The notes under the pieces are model-generated. The model was not told the DNA's origin. It did no database searches and worked only from the letters and a program-made list of their open reading frames with translations. Both the position numbers and the translations under genes were made by a program. A stretch of 64,000 nt of DNA, taken from sequence record PZ242158.1; one strand, written 5' to 3'. Source of the stretch: a phage. This document shows positions 27,561-37,207 of this stretch, piece after piece. Positions within the stretch are counted from its first letter, which is position 1. Each line of letters opens with the position of its first letter.

Positions 27561-27904
27561 TGAGCCTCCTTTTGCTGCAACAGCATTAACTCTTTGTTAG
27601 AGATCTTTACTGCTGTTTTTATTGTTCCATCTTCACGAAACCACGACCAGAACTCTACAGTGTCACCACTATCAAGTAAAGCATGCCCATGGTAAAAATC
27701 TTTGTCCTTAGACAGTTTCTCATCTATATCTGCATCAACACATTCGTGATCCATAGCATTTTGCCTGAACGCATCGGTTATGCCAATGCACGCCTTGCTC
27801 TCAAGACTGGTATATCCGATATCTTTTAATTCAGTTTCCCAAGTCCAGTACCCTATAAAAGCTAAAACAGCTACCCACAGTAATAACGTTTTAATCTTTG
27901 GCAT
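27557..27904 (-). CDS. hypothetical protein with N-terminal signal/TM segment
   Basis: MPKIKTLLLWVAVLAFIGYWTW hydrophobic N-terminus. Confidence 0.45.
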   Translation of the reverse strand: MPKIKTLLLWVAVLAFIGYWTWETELKDIGYTSLESKACIGITDAFRQNAMDHECVDADIDEKLSKDKDFYHGHALLDSGDTVEFWSWFREDGTIKTAVKISNKELMLLQQKEAQ

Positions 27905-27966
27905 TCTCTCTACCTCTTTCTTAGTTTATTTCACTATGGCACATCCTTTGTGCCATATCTCAACTA

Positions 27967-28437
27967 CTACTTAAATAGTAGTTCAAAATAGTGCAAAATT
28001 AACAGAAGTTGAACTACACCTAGTGCAACGGCGAGTATGTTAATCTTAGAATCGAAAAACTTCTTAACTTTTACTCTAAAAGGTTCCTTAATGTCCTTTA
28101 CGATCCTATCTATAGATGACCTCATATCTCTGATTACCATCCTGAACATTAAAGACGGATGCTCCCCCATCTCTGTAACGGAATCGAAAACATACTCTCT
28201 TCGGTCATAAGGGCCGCCAGCTCTGCGTATTAACCTCTCCACAGAGACCTCGAACGTCACACCTGTAACGTAATCATCTATAACAAGTCGTGACGGGTCT
28301 TTACCTTTACTATCAAGAGGTATCAAAGTTATCTTTCCAGATTTTGTTAAAATTTCCCCTTTTTCAAGCAAGGTGTACCAATGCTCTCTGCCAAGACTGT
28401 TGAGGCACGTTTTTACATATTTAACAAACATCGTCAC
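27967..28437 (-). CDS. hypothetical protein with C-terminal TM segment
   Basis: ORF 156 aa. Confidence 0.45.
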   Translation of the reverse strand: MTMFVKYVKTCLNSLGREHWYTLLEKGEILTKSGKITLIPLDSKGKDPSRLVIDDYVTGVTFEVSVERLIRRAGGPYDRREYVFDSVTEMGEHPSLMFRMVIRDMRSSIDRIVKDIKEPFRVKVKKFFDSKINILAVALGVVQLLLILHYFELLFK

Positions 28438-28637
28438 CCCTCACCGCACGTCTGATATAACCACTCTATAAAATCTTGATACCATTCGCCCTCTGAGCGC
28501 TCCGTAGGCCAATAATCTTCACCCTCTCGTGCATTAAAATCTGAGTATTCAACTTTCCACTCCTTTACCAGCTCGTGGAGAAGGTTTTCAGCCTGCTCTA
28601 AAGATTTATTTTTTACCATTGCTGTCTCCTTTTTCAA
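28434..28637 (-). CDS. hypothetical small protein
   Basis: ORF 67 aa. Confidence 0.4.
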   Translation of the reverse strand: MKKETAMVKNKSLEQAENLLHELVKEWKVEYSDFNAREGEDYWPTERSEGEWYQDFIEWLYQTCGEG

Positions 28638-28838
28638 GATAGTTATACATCAGAACTGCACCACCTAAGATGGCTACCAGTAACAATATCCCAGATAGCA
28701 TCTCAATAAACATGGCTTGAAACACTGGAAGGTCTCCCTAAATTAACGCACCATTTTAAATACATGCTCTTTTCCCATAAAGGTGCCTGGCTAAGATCTG
28801 CGTAGAACGCAATCTCTTTAAGAACAGTATAGATAGTT

Positions 28839-29066
28839 TTAGGTGCGGTCTCCATCCCTACTCTCCTTCCTGATATTCTTGTAGTAATCAACTAGGCACA
28901 TTATTACGATGAAGATAACAACAGGCCAAAAAGGTGCAGCAGTGATGATGGTGATAAAATCATCAAACTTCACCCTTCGTCTGGACACGATGCATACACC
29001 TGTCAAGAATACCGCTGTTATAACGGACATTACCAGGTAACCTATTAGCACAACATTTATACTCAT
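28839..29066 (-). CDS. hypothetical small membrane protein
   Basis: Two hydrophobic helices. Confidence 0.4.
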   Translation of the reverse strand: MSINVVLIGYLVMSVITAVFLTGVCIVSRRRVKFDDFITIITAAPFWPVVIFIVIMCLVDYYKNIRKESRDGDRT

Positions 29067-29096
29067 TGGTCCTCCCTTTGTAGGTTAAATTGTATA

Positions 29097-29630
29097 CTAC
29101 AAATGGTCGCTGAGGGTGTCAAGAAAATTATCCCGTTCTTTCTCAGAGTTTTCATGTGTGTAGCTGAAAAACATATCGAGAATAACCTTATTGATATATT
29201 CCAGCTCCTCTGTGTTCAGATGCTTAGCAGGATCTACAATGACATCCCAAATATCATACAGACCACACTCATGATACCCATAACGCCACTCAATTGTCAA
29301 GCTGAGCGGCAAATCTTTACCTTCACAAACAACCTTCCATCTACATATGTTGGTATCTGGTCGTACCTGTGCACGGTACACCTGCACAAAATCCAATTTG
29401 AATTTGAGGTACTCGTCATACAATTTAAGCACAAAGCTCTCGATTTGTGGAGACACTTTTGCAGCAAACTGTGCGTATTTGTACTTGCACTGAATGATCT
29501 TTCTGCGTTTTGCAGTTAAATTTTTTGCCGCCAGTTGTTCTTCAGTGTATCTCCACCTACGATCAACAAACGCAACAGGGTCTTTGTCCCCATAGAGGTC
29601 TTCCCAGTTAATCAGAAGCATACCTGTCAC
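29097..29630 (-). CDS. hypothetical protein
   Basis: ORF 177 aa. Confidence 0.5.
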   Translation of the reverse strand: MTGMLLINWEDLYGDKDPVAFVDRRWRYTEEQLAAKNLTAKRRKIIQCKYKYAQFAAKVSPQIESFVLKLYDEYLKFKLDFVQVYRAQVRPDTNICRWKVVCEGKDLPLSLTIEWRYGYHECGLYDIWDVIVDPAKHLNTEELEYINKVILDMFFSYTHENSEKERDNFLDTLSDHL

Positions 29631-29860
29631 TCCTCCACAACTTCAAGGCCTTTACCGCCTCGCTCTGGCAGATTACTTAAAGATAGGTAATACATATAAT
29701 CAGGAGAGATCCTGCCAGACTCTGCACCTGCAGCTAGTAAATCCTTCCCTTTAACCAGGACAACATTCTCGTTTGCAGATAGCCGTTTTGCTTCCACAAT
29801 TTTACCAACACAGTCAACCAAGGAAGGGTACCCTAAATCTGTAAGAAATTTAACTTTCAT
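29627..29860 (-). CDS. small protein, paralog family A
   Basis: MKVKFLTDLGYP..VLVKGKDLLAAGAESG. Confidence 0.5.
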   Translation of the reverse strand: MKVKFLTDLGYPSLVDCVGKIVEAKRLSANENVVLVKGKDLLAAGAESGRISPDYMYYLSLSNLPERGGKGLEVVEE

Positions 29861-29897
29861 GCTACCTCCTACCTACCGTCCCTGGTAAGATAAATTA

Positions 29898-30296
29898 TTA
29901 CTGAACAGAGCGCGGTGCTGGGAAGGATAACTCTTCTAAAGAGAAGATTTCATTTCCTACCACCCAAGTTGCTGGGTCATCTGGATCAACAGGTTGGATA
30001 ATCATTACCTCATCCGCCTCGCACACACGTTTCCCACCCATAGTAGCGTCAGCCACTAACATACGCGGCTCTTCAGAAATGCACAGGTAGCCACCTCGGC
30101 CCACTGTTCCTTCCACGGGATCCTGCCCTTTGACCACAATGAATACCTTCTCTCCTGTGGAGATATTACTTTTCACACTAACAGTTTGACCAACTTTAGA
30201 TGTACCGATCTTGGTGGCTTCAAACATTAAATCCCGAATTACTGTTGCATAGTTGCCGGACACTTTCTTACCTTCTTTAGTAATCTCAATCTTCAT
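29898..30296 (-). CDS. hypothetical protein
   Basis: ORF 132 aa. Confidence 0.5.
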   Translation of the reverse strand: MKIEITKEGKKVSGNYATVIRDLMFEATKIGTSKVGQTVSVKSNISTGEKVFIVVKGQDPVEGTVGRGGYLCISEEPRMLVADATMGGKRVCEADEVMIIQPVDPDDPATWVVGNEIFSLEELSFPAPRSVQ

Positions 30297-30568
30297 AATC
30301 TAGGCTCCTTAAATGAATCTATGTAATCAATTAAATCCCAAGCATCGCGATGGGCTGTCAGAGGGTATACTTCTCCGAGAGGGATCATAGCAATAAGTCT
30401 ATCAAAAACCCAGTCTGGACGCAACATTTTATGGTGATATTCCCACTCACCTTCCACAGATTTTTTCTGAGTGATCAGGATCTCTGTGTAGTGTTTCGCC
30501 TGTCTTGAGTAGATTGAAAATGACTTGTACATAAATGACCCCCTCTTGTTGAAAACAACAATACACAA
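30293..30568 (-). CDS. hypothetical protein
   Basis: ORF 91 aa. Confidence 0.45.
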   Translation of the reverse strand: MCIVVFNKRGSFMYKSFSIYSRQAKHYTEILITQKKSVEGEWEYHHKMLRPDWVFDRLIAMIPLGEVYPLTAHRDAWDLIDYIDSFKEPRL

Positions 30569-30883
30569 CTACCAGGTTACTGTCAAGTAGGCAACCGTAT
30601 TATTTTTCTCTGGGGAGATGCCAACAACATCTACCTGCAGACCTCCTGCCCTTAAATCTCCAACAATGTGCGGGAAGTAATCTGAGAGATGCGAGGGCAG
30701 ATTTATCGAAAATCCGCACCCCAGAAAGCCTGCTAACGCTTTATTTTGTATCTCCCCTACAATCGCATCATAAATGGAGTTAAGCTCGTCAGGGAGCGTT
30801 ACAGGGCGTTTTAGCGCTAGCTGGTGTAATTTGTCCTTAGCACTCATTTTCATTTCAGGTCTACCTCTGGGGGTGCCAACCAC
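30569..30883 (-). CDS. hypothetical protein
   Basis: ORF 104 aa. Confidence 0.45.
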   Translation of the reverse strand: MVGTPRGRPEMKMSAKDKLHQLALKRPVTLPDELNSIYDAIVGEIQNKALAGFLGCGFSINLPSHLSDYFPHIVGDLRAGGLQVDVVGISPEKNNTVAYLTVTW

Positions 30884-31383
30884 ATAAACGGCGGCAAGTC
30901 TAAACGGTTTTTCTTATCCCACACAAAATATGCATATGCTTGCCCGTCAGTTCTGCCGTTTGATTGAAATGATGGACGCTTAGATATTGTGATCACAGTA
31001 GTAGGTGCATTATCAAGCCACCATTCAAATCTGGCTTTGCTTTCCAGAAAATTAAGACGCAAAAGCATAATAACTACGTCAGCATCTTTCAACGCCTTGT
31101 CTACAAACTCACGAGCCAGGCTGTATGGTGGGTTGGTGATAATACAGTCAACATGGTTGTATTCTGTATTCAGATAGTCAACACCTTCTTGTATTTCTCC
31201 CCATGCAGATCCTAACGGCATACGGGAGTAGAACACACCTGAGGCACTATTCCTGCAAGGCTCTAAGTAGGTCCAGTCTTCTGGGAACGGAATAAGGTCA
31301 TACAGCCCTTCTGCACACCACTCCGGTGTCACATACTCATCGTAGGCGTTACGTTGTTCATCAGGTTTTCTAGCACAAGTCAT
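30850..31383 (-). CDS. small phage-type DNA N6-adenine methyltransferase (Dam-like)
   Basis: CIITNPPY catalytic motif IV in a 177-aa protein. Confidence 0.55.
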   Translation of the reverse strand: MTCARKPDEQRNAYDEYVTPEWCAEGLYDLIPFPEDWTYLEPCRNSASGVFYSRMPLGSAWGEIQEGVDYLNTEYNHVDCIITNPPYSLAREFVDKALKDADVVIMLLRLNFLESKARFEWWLDNAPTTVITISKRPSFQSNGRTDGQAYAYFVWDKKNRLDLPPFMWLAPPEVDLK

Positions 31384-31402
31384 GCAAATCTCCAGATCAT
31401 AA

Positions 31403-31422
31403 AAGCCCTCCGAAGAGGGCTT
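31403..31422 (-). terminator. hairpin terminator (AAGCCCTC-CGAA-GAGGGCTT)
   Basis: Perfect stem with T-rich flank on minus strand. Confidence 0.5.
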
Positions 31423-31434
31423 TAGAATTAATGT

Positions 31435-32484
31435 TTAAGCTTCTTCGACAATTCCTGCACCCAGGATTTTTTCATTGAGCTCTTTTGCTGTTTTAATAAT
31501 ATTGTCCACAAGACGCTTGCGAGTCTTATCTTTCACCTTAACCTCTTCACCGCCGTTCAGAGTAGTCTTCAATTGAGACAGAATATCCTGAAGTTCAACG
31601 ACAGAGAATCTCTGCAGATCTTCTGAAGTAATCTCACCCAGGGCAATTCGGACGGTCTCGCCACTTTCCATCTGCAGATTCAGGAACACAGTGTGAACAT
31701 CACCTTTCGAACCACCCGCTTTTGCAGATTCAACAGCATGAACTAACTCATCTAAAGATGTGCACTGATGAATCTCCGGAAGACCTGCTTCACCTAACAC
31801 GCCTTCTTCATCACCTTTTGCCAGAAGCTTTTTCGGTTTTTGTCCGTTCTGGATGCGTTGTATGTTGCCTTCATCCAGAATAATAGCTCCAGTGCGTGCT
31901 GCCAACTCTTCTCCGTCCAACCACACTTCGCCACCAGCTGTGATGGATGCGATCTCATCTTCTGTCAGCACCCCACCGTAGTATTTTTCGATCAGGTGTT
32001 CAAAACGTTTTTTCCAGTAGCTGACCTGAGTATTCATGTTAACACCGTTACCATAAGTGCCACCTTGATAGTAGTGGAACATAAATTCTGTGTCCGGAGC
32101 CACAGTGCGTTCTTTGCAACCAAGCCATAAGATTGTTCCAGCAGAGCAGCACATCCCTTCAGCATGTGCAACAACGCTTGCCTGAGACTCGCGGAATGCC
32201 TGCAGATAGGCCATTGCAATGTGCACGCAACCACCAGGGCTATTGATGATCACACGTATGCTTTCTTCCGGCTGAGCCATACGGATCGTCTGCAGACGAG
32301 ACATATGATCCTGCAGGTCCTCCAAATCGTCGATATAAAGAACGTGGTCAACAACAGGTGTTGGGTAGCTGTATGTTTCCATGATACCGCCCGGCATACC
32401 AAACATTTTATTACTCATAGGTTCGAAACCGTTCTGTTTTTCTTTCATGCCGTGTACCATGGTGCTGCGAGGTGTTAAATTCAT
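31435..32484 (-). CDS. ClpP-family serine peptidase with C-terminal extension
   Basis: INSPGG and GMCCSAGT motifs characteristic of ClpP/S14 fold. Confidence 0.6.
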   Translation of the reverse strand: MNLTPRSTMVHGMKEKQNGFEPMSNKMFGMPGGIMETYSYPTPVVDHVLYIDDLEDLQDHMSRLQTIRMAQPEESIRVIINSPGGCVHIAMAYLQAFRESQASVVAHAEGMCCSAGTILWLGCKERTVAPDTEFMFHYYQGGTYGNGVNMNTQVSYWKKRFEHLIEKYYGGVLTEDEIASITAGGEVWLDGEELAARTGAIILDEGNIQRIQNGQKPKKLLAKGDEEGVLGEAGLPEIHQCTSLDELVHAVESAKAGGSKGDVHTVFLNLQMESGETVRIALGEITSEDLQRFSVVELQDILSQLKTTLNGGEEVKVKDKTRKRLVDNIIKTAKELNEKILGAGIVEEA

Positions 32485-32544
32485 GAGAAATCCTTAATAT
32501 TGGAAGTTGAAAGCTATTTATTTAAACCTGATTCACATTTACCT

Positions 32545-32979
32545 TTATTTAGCAATCACTATGGAGTACTTACGATTGTCAGAAGCATCACAACTCAGTG
32601 ATTGCCAATCTACCACATACCACGTATCATTGTCAACAATTACTTTATCGCCTGTTCTGTAGCAAGTGCTGCTTTCAATAATTCGAGACTCGATAAAGAA
32701 TCTGTGTCGGCGCTCACGTAGCAACGCTAAGTTGATTATATTACCACCGCTGTCCTTGGTCCACACATTCTTGGATCCTTTATTTGCCAAAATTGTCTCA
32801 CCGTTATAGACAAATAGGCAGTATATTTTATTCAGTTTCTCTTGTATTGTAGCCATACTGTCCTTCTCTTTGTTTTGTCCGATAATAATATCTAAAGCTT
32901 GCCTATTTGTCAACAACTGTTTTAGATATTTAAGGGTGGAATAACCACCCTTCTGTATTACTCGGAAACAGGGGTCCAA
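32545..32979 (-). CDS. hypothetical protein
   Basis: ORF 144 aa. Confidence 0.45.
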   Translation of the reverse strand: MDPCFRVIQKGGYSTLKYLKQLLTNRQALDIIIGQNKEKDSMATIQEKLNKIYCLFVYNGETILANKGSKNVWTKDSGGNIINLALLRERRHRFFIESRIIESSTCYRTGDKVIVDNDTWYVVDWQSLSCDASDNRKYSIVIAK

Positions 32980-33746
32980 ATATGATTTGCACGATCCTCA
33001 ATAAGATTGAGTGCGATTTGACGACCCAACCCGGAACGAACGACATCGTCTGGACTATCAAAGCTGATCATTCCAACCTCAGGATCTGGATGACGAGTAA
33101 AGAAATCTGTCACCCATGCAAGGCCAGATTTACCAGGGATGTCACGTTGGCTATTATCACCCATAATTACAAGGGTGGCTTGATCAGAGATCCTTGTGAT
33201 AATTGACAACATTTCTTCAGGGTTAGTTTGCTGTGCCTCGTCAATCAGGACAAAGCATCGCTCATCGAAACTACGACCACGAATGCTTTCAACTTCACAA
33301 ATCTCGATACGACTGTTCTGACCGTCTCCCAGCATTGCGGCAAAAGCACCTTTGCCAACACGACGACAAATCGTGTCCATCATGCTTCGAAGATAGGGCC
33401 ACAGTTTCTGCATTGCATTTCCGGGTTTAAATCCTGAAGTCTTTCCTGTCTGGACGTAAGGACGTGCAACAATGATCTTATCAATCTCGTTCTTACGCAG
33501 AAGATCACCTGCATATGCAGATGCCATAAATGTCTTACCGGATCCAAACACGCCGTTTACAATAATAATCTTACGTGACCCTAGATAATCAAGATACTTT
33601 TGCTGCTTCTTATTCATTGGTCGGAGAGCTGGAGCGGTGTGCTCTCTTTCGTCAGCAAATTTCTCAGCAGCCTTACGCAGGCGATCAGATTTGCGAGCCT
33701 CTCTAGCTTCATCACGCATGCGTTTTGTTTCTTTAGCTCGACCCAT
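32958..33746 (-). CDS. phoH: PhoH-like ATPase
   Basis: Walker A GVFGSGKT, Walker B VLIDEAQ, PhoH-like spacing. Confidence 0.75.
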   Translation of the reverse strand: MGRAKETKRMRDEAREARKSDRLRKAAEKFADEREHTAPALRPMNKKQQKYLDYLGSRKIIIVNGVFGSGKTFMASAYAGDLLRKNEIDKIIVARPYVQTGKTSGFKPGNAMQKLWPYLRSMMDTICRRVGKGAFAAMLGDGQNSRIEICEVESIRGRSFDERCFVLIDEAQQTNPEEMLSIITRISDQATLVIMGDNSQRDIPGKSGLAWVTDFFTRHPDPEVGMISFDSPDDVVRSGLGRQIALNLIEDRANHIWTPVSE

Positions 33747-33784
33747 GTTGGGACTCCTTTCAGATTGAGATGTGCCAAGTACTT

Positions 33785-34135
33785 TTACTGCAACAGTTTT
33801 TCAATAGCCGCTTCCATGCTGCTTGCAACAGCCTGAACTCGGATATTCATCTCTTCTTGGTGGATCAGCTCCTTAAGCTCTTTAATGGTAAATTCTTTAG
33901 AGAAACCTTCCACCATAATCTTGTGCAAGGCTTCTTGCGTGTCTACTTGCAAGAACTTTTCCAGTTTGTTGGCAGAGGCTTCTAAATCAGCCCGAATACG
34001 AGGGTCATCTGTGCGATTCAGCATTAGGCGTAAGCCATCAAGATTAGTAGAAATAGCATCTGCATGTTGAGTAACTAACCGTGGCAAAATGAGGTCTACA
34101 AACTTATTAGCCAAATCGATACGTTCTTGTGTCAC
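33785..34135 (-). CDS. hypothetical protein
   Basis: ORF 116 aa. Confidence 0.45.
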   Translation of the reverse strand: MTQERIDLANKFVDLILPRLVTQHADAISTNLDGLRLMLNRTDDPRIRADLEASANKLEKFLQVDTQEALHKIMVEGFSKEFTIKELKELIHQEEMNIRVQAVASSMEAAIEKLLQ

Positions 34136-34309
34136 TGTTGCACCCCCTCTTCATCTTCATGATGTTTCTTTTCACGCTTGTGTTTTTTCTTAAGCTCAAG
34201 CGCAATCTCTTTCTTGTACGCCTTCTTCAAGGCTTTTTTAGCCATTTGGCACCTCCTCTGCTTTCATTTTACGATAATTATACCTATCTAAACAAAGCTT
34301 TGTCAACAA

Positions 34310-34783
34310 CTAGTCTACCTGAACCCAACCGCCTGATACTTTTTTAAACATTCTTTGGTTATCACTGCCTCGGAACGGTTTCTTGGTTGGTAAATCTTTT
34401 ACATACTTACCGTCAATGATGATATCAGCCAGTTTAAGAACATCACTAGAGATATGGTCAAATGTGAACCCAGTATATACAAGAATAGTTTTCTTGTCAC
34501 CAAATTTTTCCTTAATTTTCTCCATCAGGCTAATAATACCTGGCTCATTATAGTATGCTAAGGGTTCTCCACCCAGCAGAGAGATACCGCACACAGACGG
34601 GTTATCCAGATCTGACAAGATTTTTTGCAAATCTTCTTCAGTGAACTCCCTCCCCTTATCTTTTGACCAAAATGCCTGATTAAAGCAACCAGGGCAAGCG
34701 TGTGGGCACCCAGATACCCACAAGGCAGTTCTAATACCTGGCCCTTCTGTGTAAGATACTTCTGTGTATCCGACAATGTTCAT
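34310..34783 (-). CDS. nrdG: anaerobic ribonucleotide reductase activating protein (radical SAM)
   Basis: GCPHACPGC cysteine cluster; size and position next to nrdD. Confidence 0.8.
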   Translation of the reverse strand: MNIVGYTEVSYTEGPGIRTALWVSGCPHACPGCFNQAFWSKDKGREFTEEDLQKILSDLDNPSVCGISLLGGEPLAYYNEPGIISLMEKIKEKFGDKKTILVYTGFTFDHISSDVLKLADIIIDGKYVKDLPTKKPFRGSDNQRMFKKVSGGWVQVD

Positions 34784-34896
34784 AGATACTCCGTATCACA
34801 TTCAGGGCAATGCCAAATAAAATCGTCCAGTGCCTTGCACCAACGAAGATTGCAACGACAACCACACTTGCAAATTTTATAAATGCCTGATGACAT
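34780..34896 (-). CDS. small Cys-rich zinc-ribbon protein (38 aa)
   Basis: AAGGAGGTG RBS; CKCGCRC..WC..HCPEC; stop overlaps nrdG start (ATGA); below ORF-track size cutoff. Confidence 0.45.
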   Translation of the reverse strand: MSSGIYKICKCGCRCNLRWCKALDDFIWHCPECDTEYL

Positions 34897-34944
34897 GCTG
34901 CACCTCCTTTAGTTTATAACATGTTTAAAGGTTGATATATGGCT

Positions 34945-35937
34945 CTACAGGTTATTACCTGTCCTATGTTTACAACAAATCTCTCTATGCGCTGATTCTA
35001 CCATACTGAACACTTCAGGTCTGTAGTTAAAGAATTCGGTACTACCATCAAATTTTACAGGGAAGTTTATTTTATATTTACTGAAGGCTTTGTGCATAGA
35101 TTTTTCTACAGCCAGCATGTTTTCAGTTGATCCTTCCAACGTTTTCACTATGTGAAGATCGCGGATACCAGCTCCAGATCTTTGTGCACTTTTAAGTATC
35201 TGGTCTCTTCGCTTACTTTCATTATGACTGACCCCTATTTTCATAAATGTAGGTACTTCTGGATCATCAACCATAATGTAGAGTTTTCCGTTATCGTGTG
35301 ATAAAAATCCTGTTTTAGCGCATCTAGGGCAAGCATGTCCCTGCTTAAGACTGCTTGGTACGGTTAACCATGTGTGGCTACAACCTTTACAGCAGCACAG
35401 GACTTTCTTATCCCACCCAATAATTTCTTCCAATATCTCAACATAAGGATTTCTACTTCTTATGGACTCAACCCACTTTTCGTGTGGTGATGTTTTACTT
35501 TGTGAGATTCTTGACCCCTTGCAAACTGGACAACCTCTTTTCAAATTTATATGGTTATCAGGTGTCTGTGTAAAGTGATTTCCACAAGTGTTGCAGATTA
35601 TTTCTACCCTGTCTTTGCAAGTCTTGTAGTATACGAGAGAGTAGTCATATTTATCTCCATGGATTTCTTTGGCCCTTTCTACAAATTTAAGACCTTTATT
35701 ACACTTTGCAGCACGAGAAAGTTTTGCACAAAAAGGACAACCACGACCTTGCAAGTGTTTACAAGGTGCTTGCATAAAATCCCCATGGATTTGGCAGGTA
35801 ATGCAAACCTTCGCATAGCAATCCACGTACACTGTTTTCGTGTAATCGTATTTATAACCGTGAATGATTTTCGCCTTCTCTATAAACTCTTCTGTTGATA
35901 ATTTAGCCATTTCTTGTTTCCTAACTTCCCTAAACAT
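34945..35937 (-). CDS. free-standing homing-endonuclease-like protein (three zinc-ribbon repeats plus C-terminal T5orf172/GIY-YIG-like domain)
   Basis: Repeated HG.KYDYS...C..HG.F...P..H..G.GCP.C units; C-terminal YIMVDD..KIGVSHN. Confidence 0.5.
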   Translation of the reverse strand: MFREVRKQEMAKLSTEEFIEKAKIIHGYKYDYTKTVYVDCYAKVCITCQIHGDFMQAPCKHLQGRGCPFCAKLSRAAKCNKGLKFVERAKEIHGDKYDYSLVYYKTCKDRVEIICNTCGNHFTQTPDNHINLKRGCPVCKGSRISQSKTSPHEKWVESIRSRNPYVEILEEIIGWDKKVLCCCKGCSHTWLTVPSSLKQGHACPRCAKTGFLSHDNGKLYIMVDDPEVPTFMKIGVSHNESKRRDQILKSAQRSGAGIRDLHIVKTLEGSTENMLAVEKSMHKAFSKYKINFPVKFDGSTEFFNYRPEVFSMVESAHREICCKHRTGNNL

Positions 35938-35974
35938 CTGTATAGTGCCACATCCTTGTGGCTTTTGTCAAGTA

Positions 35975-37207
35975 TCAGCAACCACAACTTCCGTAGTGCT
36001 TAACTCGCTCGATAACTTCCGCTTGCTTACCTTTATTGTAAGGACGGGAGTTAGGACTGGAAAGATATCCAGACACTCTTCGGATCACTGAGATATATTG
36101 TTCATCGTGGCATCCGCACGCAGGGCAGCAGAACCCTTTAGCTGTTGCACTGAACTCACCAGAGAAACCACACTTGAGACATTTATCCACAGGTTGGTTA
36201 ATACCAAAATACATAATATGTTTATACCCGAAGTCAACAAGAGCCTCTAAAGCATCCAGGTTGTTTTTCAGGTTAGGTGTCTCTACGTATCCAATGTTGC
36301 CACCAGAGGAGATCATAGCAAAACCTTCCTCATACTCCCACTTATCAAAAGGAGAGCTATTTATCCACACTGGCTGATGGAAACTGTTGGTGAGATATTC
36401 ATGCTCGTGCTTCAACACTTCCGGGTATTCACGATCCAGACAGGTTGCAGCTTTATAGCATAGACTCTCAGAAGGAGTGCCGTACAAGCTAAATGCTAGT
36501 CTACTTTCCTTCTTGTATCGCTCACAAGCATCTCTCATGTGCTGAAGGATTCCAAGAGCTAAAGCCTTGTCACCCTCTCTGCCCAAAATCTGACAGGTTT
36601 CATACACACCAATATACCCAATACTGATGGAAGCGTACCCGTCATAGAAGAGTTTATCAATACTCTCTTCAGGATCCAGGCGAGCAAGAGCGCCTTCACA
36701 CCACATGATGGGGTTCTGCCCTGCCTTTGTTCCTTTTAGACGGTTAACCCTTACAAGGTGAGCCTCATATGCAAGATCCAAGTATTCGTCAAGAACTGCA
36801 AAGAAATCAACACCTTCCGTCTTAGCTTTTGCCGCAATCATTGGCAGGTTAAGGCTAACAACGCCTAAGTTAAATCTGCCAAGGTATTTCTCCTCGCCTG
36901 TTTCCAAGTCATTGTATTTGCTAAGAAAACTCCTGCAACCCATGCTAGTTACTTTGCCATCTGTCGAGCCTGTCACTTTTCTATTTAGTGGTACAGATAC
37001 GAAGTCAGGATAGATACGTTCTGCACAGCATTCCAGAGCTAATCGTTTCAAATCATAGTTAGGATCCCCAGGGTTCATGTTGACACCCTCTTCCAGGAAG
37101 AACAGCACTTTAGGGAACACAGGTGTGATACGTTCTTCACCAAGACCCATTTTGTGGACTTTCAAGTAATTTTTGGTAATCATTCTACCAAAGACCGAAG
37201 TGTCCAA
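35975..37207 (-). CDS. nrdD: anaerobic ribonucleoside-triphosphate reductase, C-terminal exon (glycyl-radical domain); true 5' boundary is the intron 3' splice site
   Basis: Zn site CPACGC and glycyl radical motif RRVSGYL near C-terminus. Confidence 0.8.
   Translation of the reverse strand: MDTSVFGRMITKNYLKVHKMGLGEERITPVFPKVLFFLEEGVNMNPGDPNYDLKRLALECCAERIYPDFVSVPLNRKVTGSTDGKVTSMGCRSFLSKYNDLETGEEKYLGRFNLGVVSLNLPMIAAKAKTEGVDFFAVLDEYLDLAYEAHLVRVNRLKGTKAGQNPIMWCEGALARLDPEESIDKLFYDGYASISIGYIGVYETCQILGREGDKALALGILQHMRDACERYKKESRLAFSLYGTPSESLCYKAATCLDREYPEVLKHEHEYLTNSFHQPVWINSSPFDKWEYEEGFAMISSGGNIGYVETPNLKNNLDALEALVDFGYKHIMYFGINQPVDKCLKCGFSGEFSATAKGFCCPACGCHDEQYISVIRRVSGYLSSPNSRPYNKGKQAEVIERVKHYGSCGC

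Noticed and set aside
29103-29519. Plus-strand ORF antisense to the minus-strand gene 29097-29630
   Set aside because: Shadow ORF inside a well-supported co-directional operon; the same applies to other antisense ORFs such as 31840-32130, 32164-32478, 35551-35898, 53490-54044 and 54462-54917.
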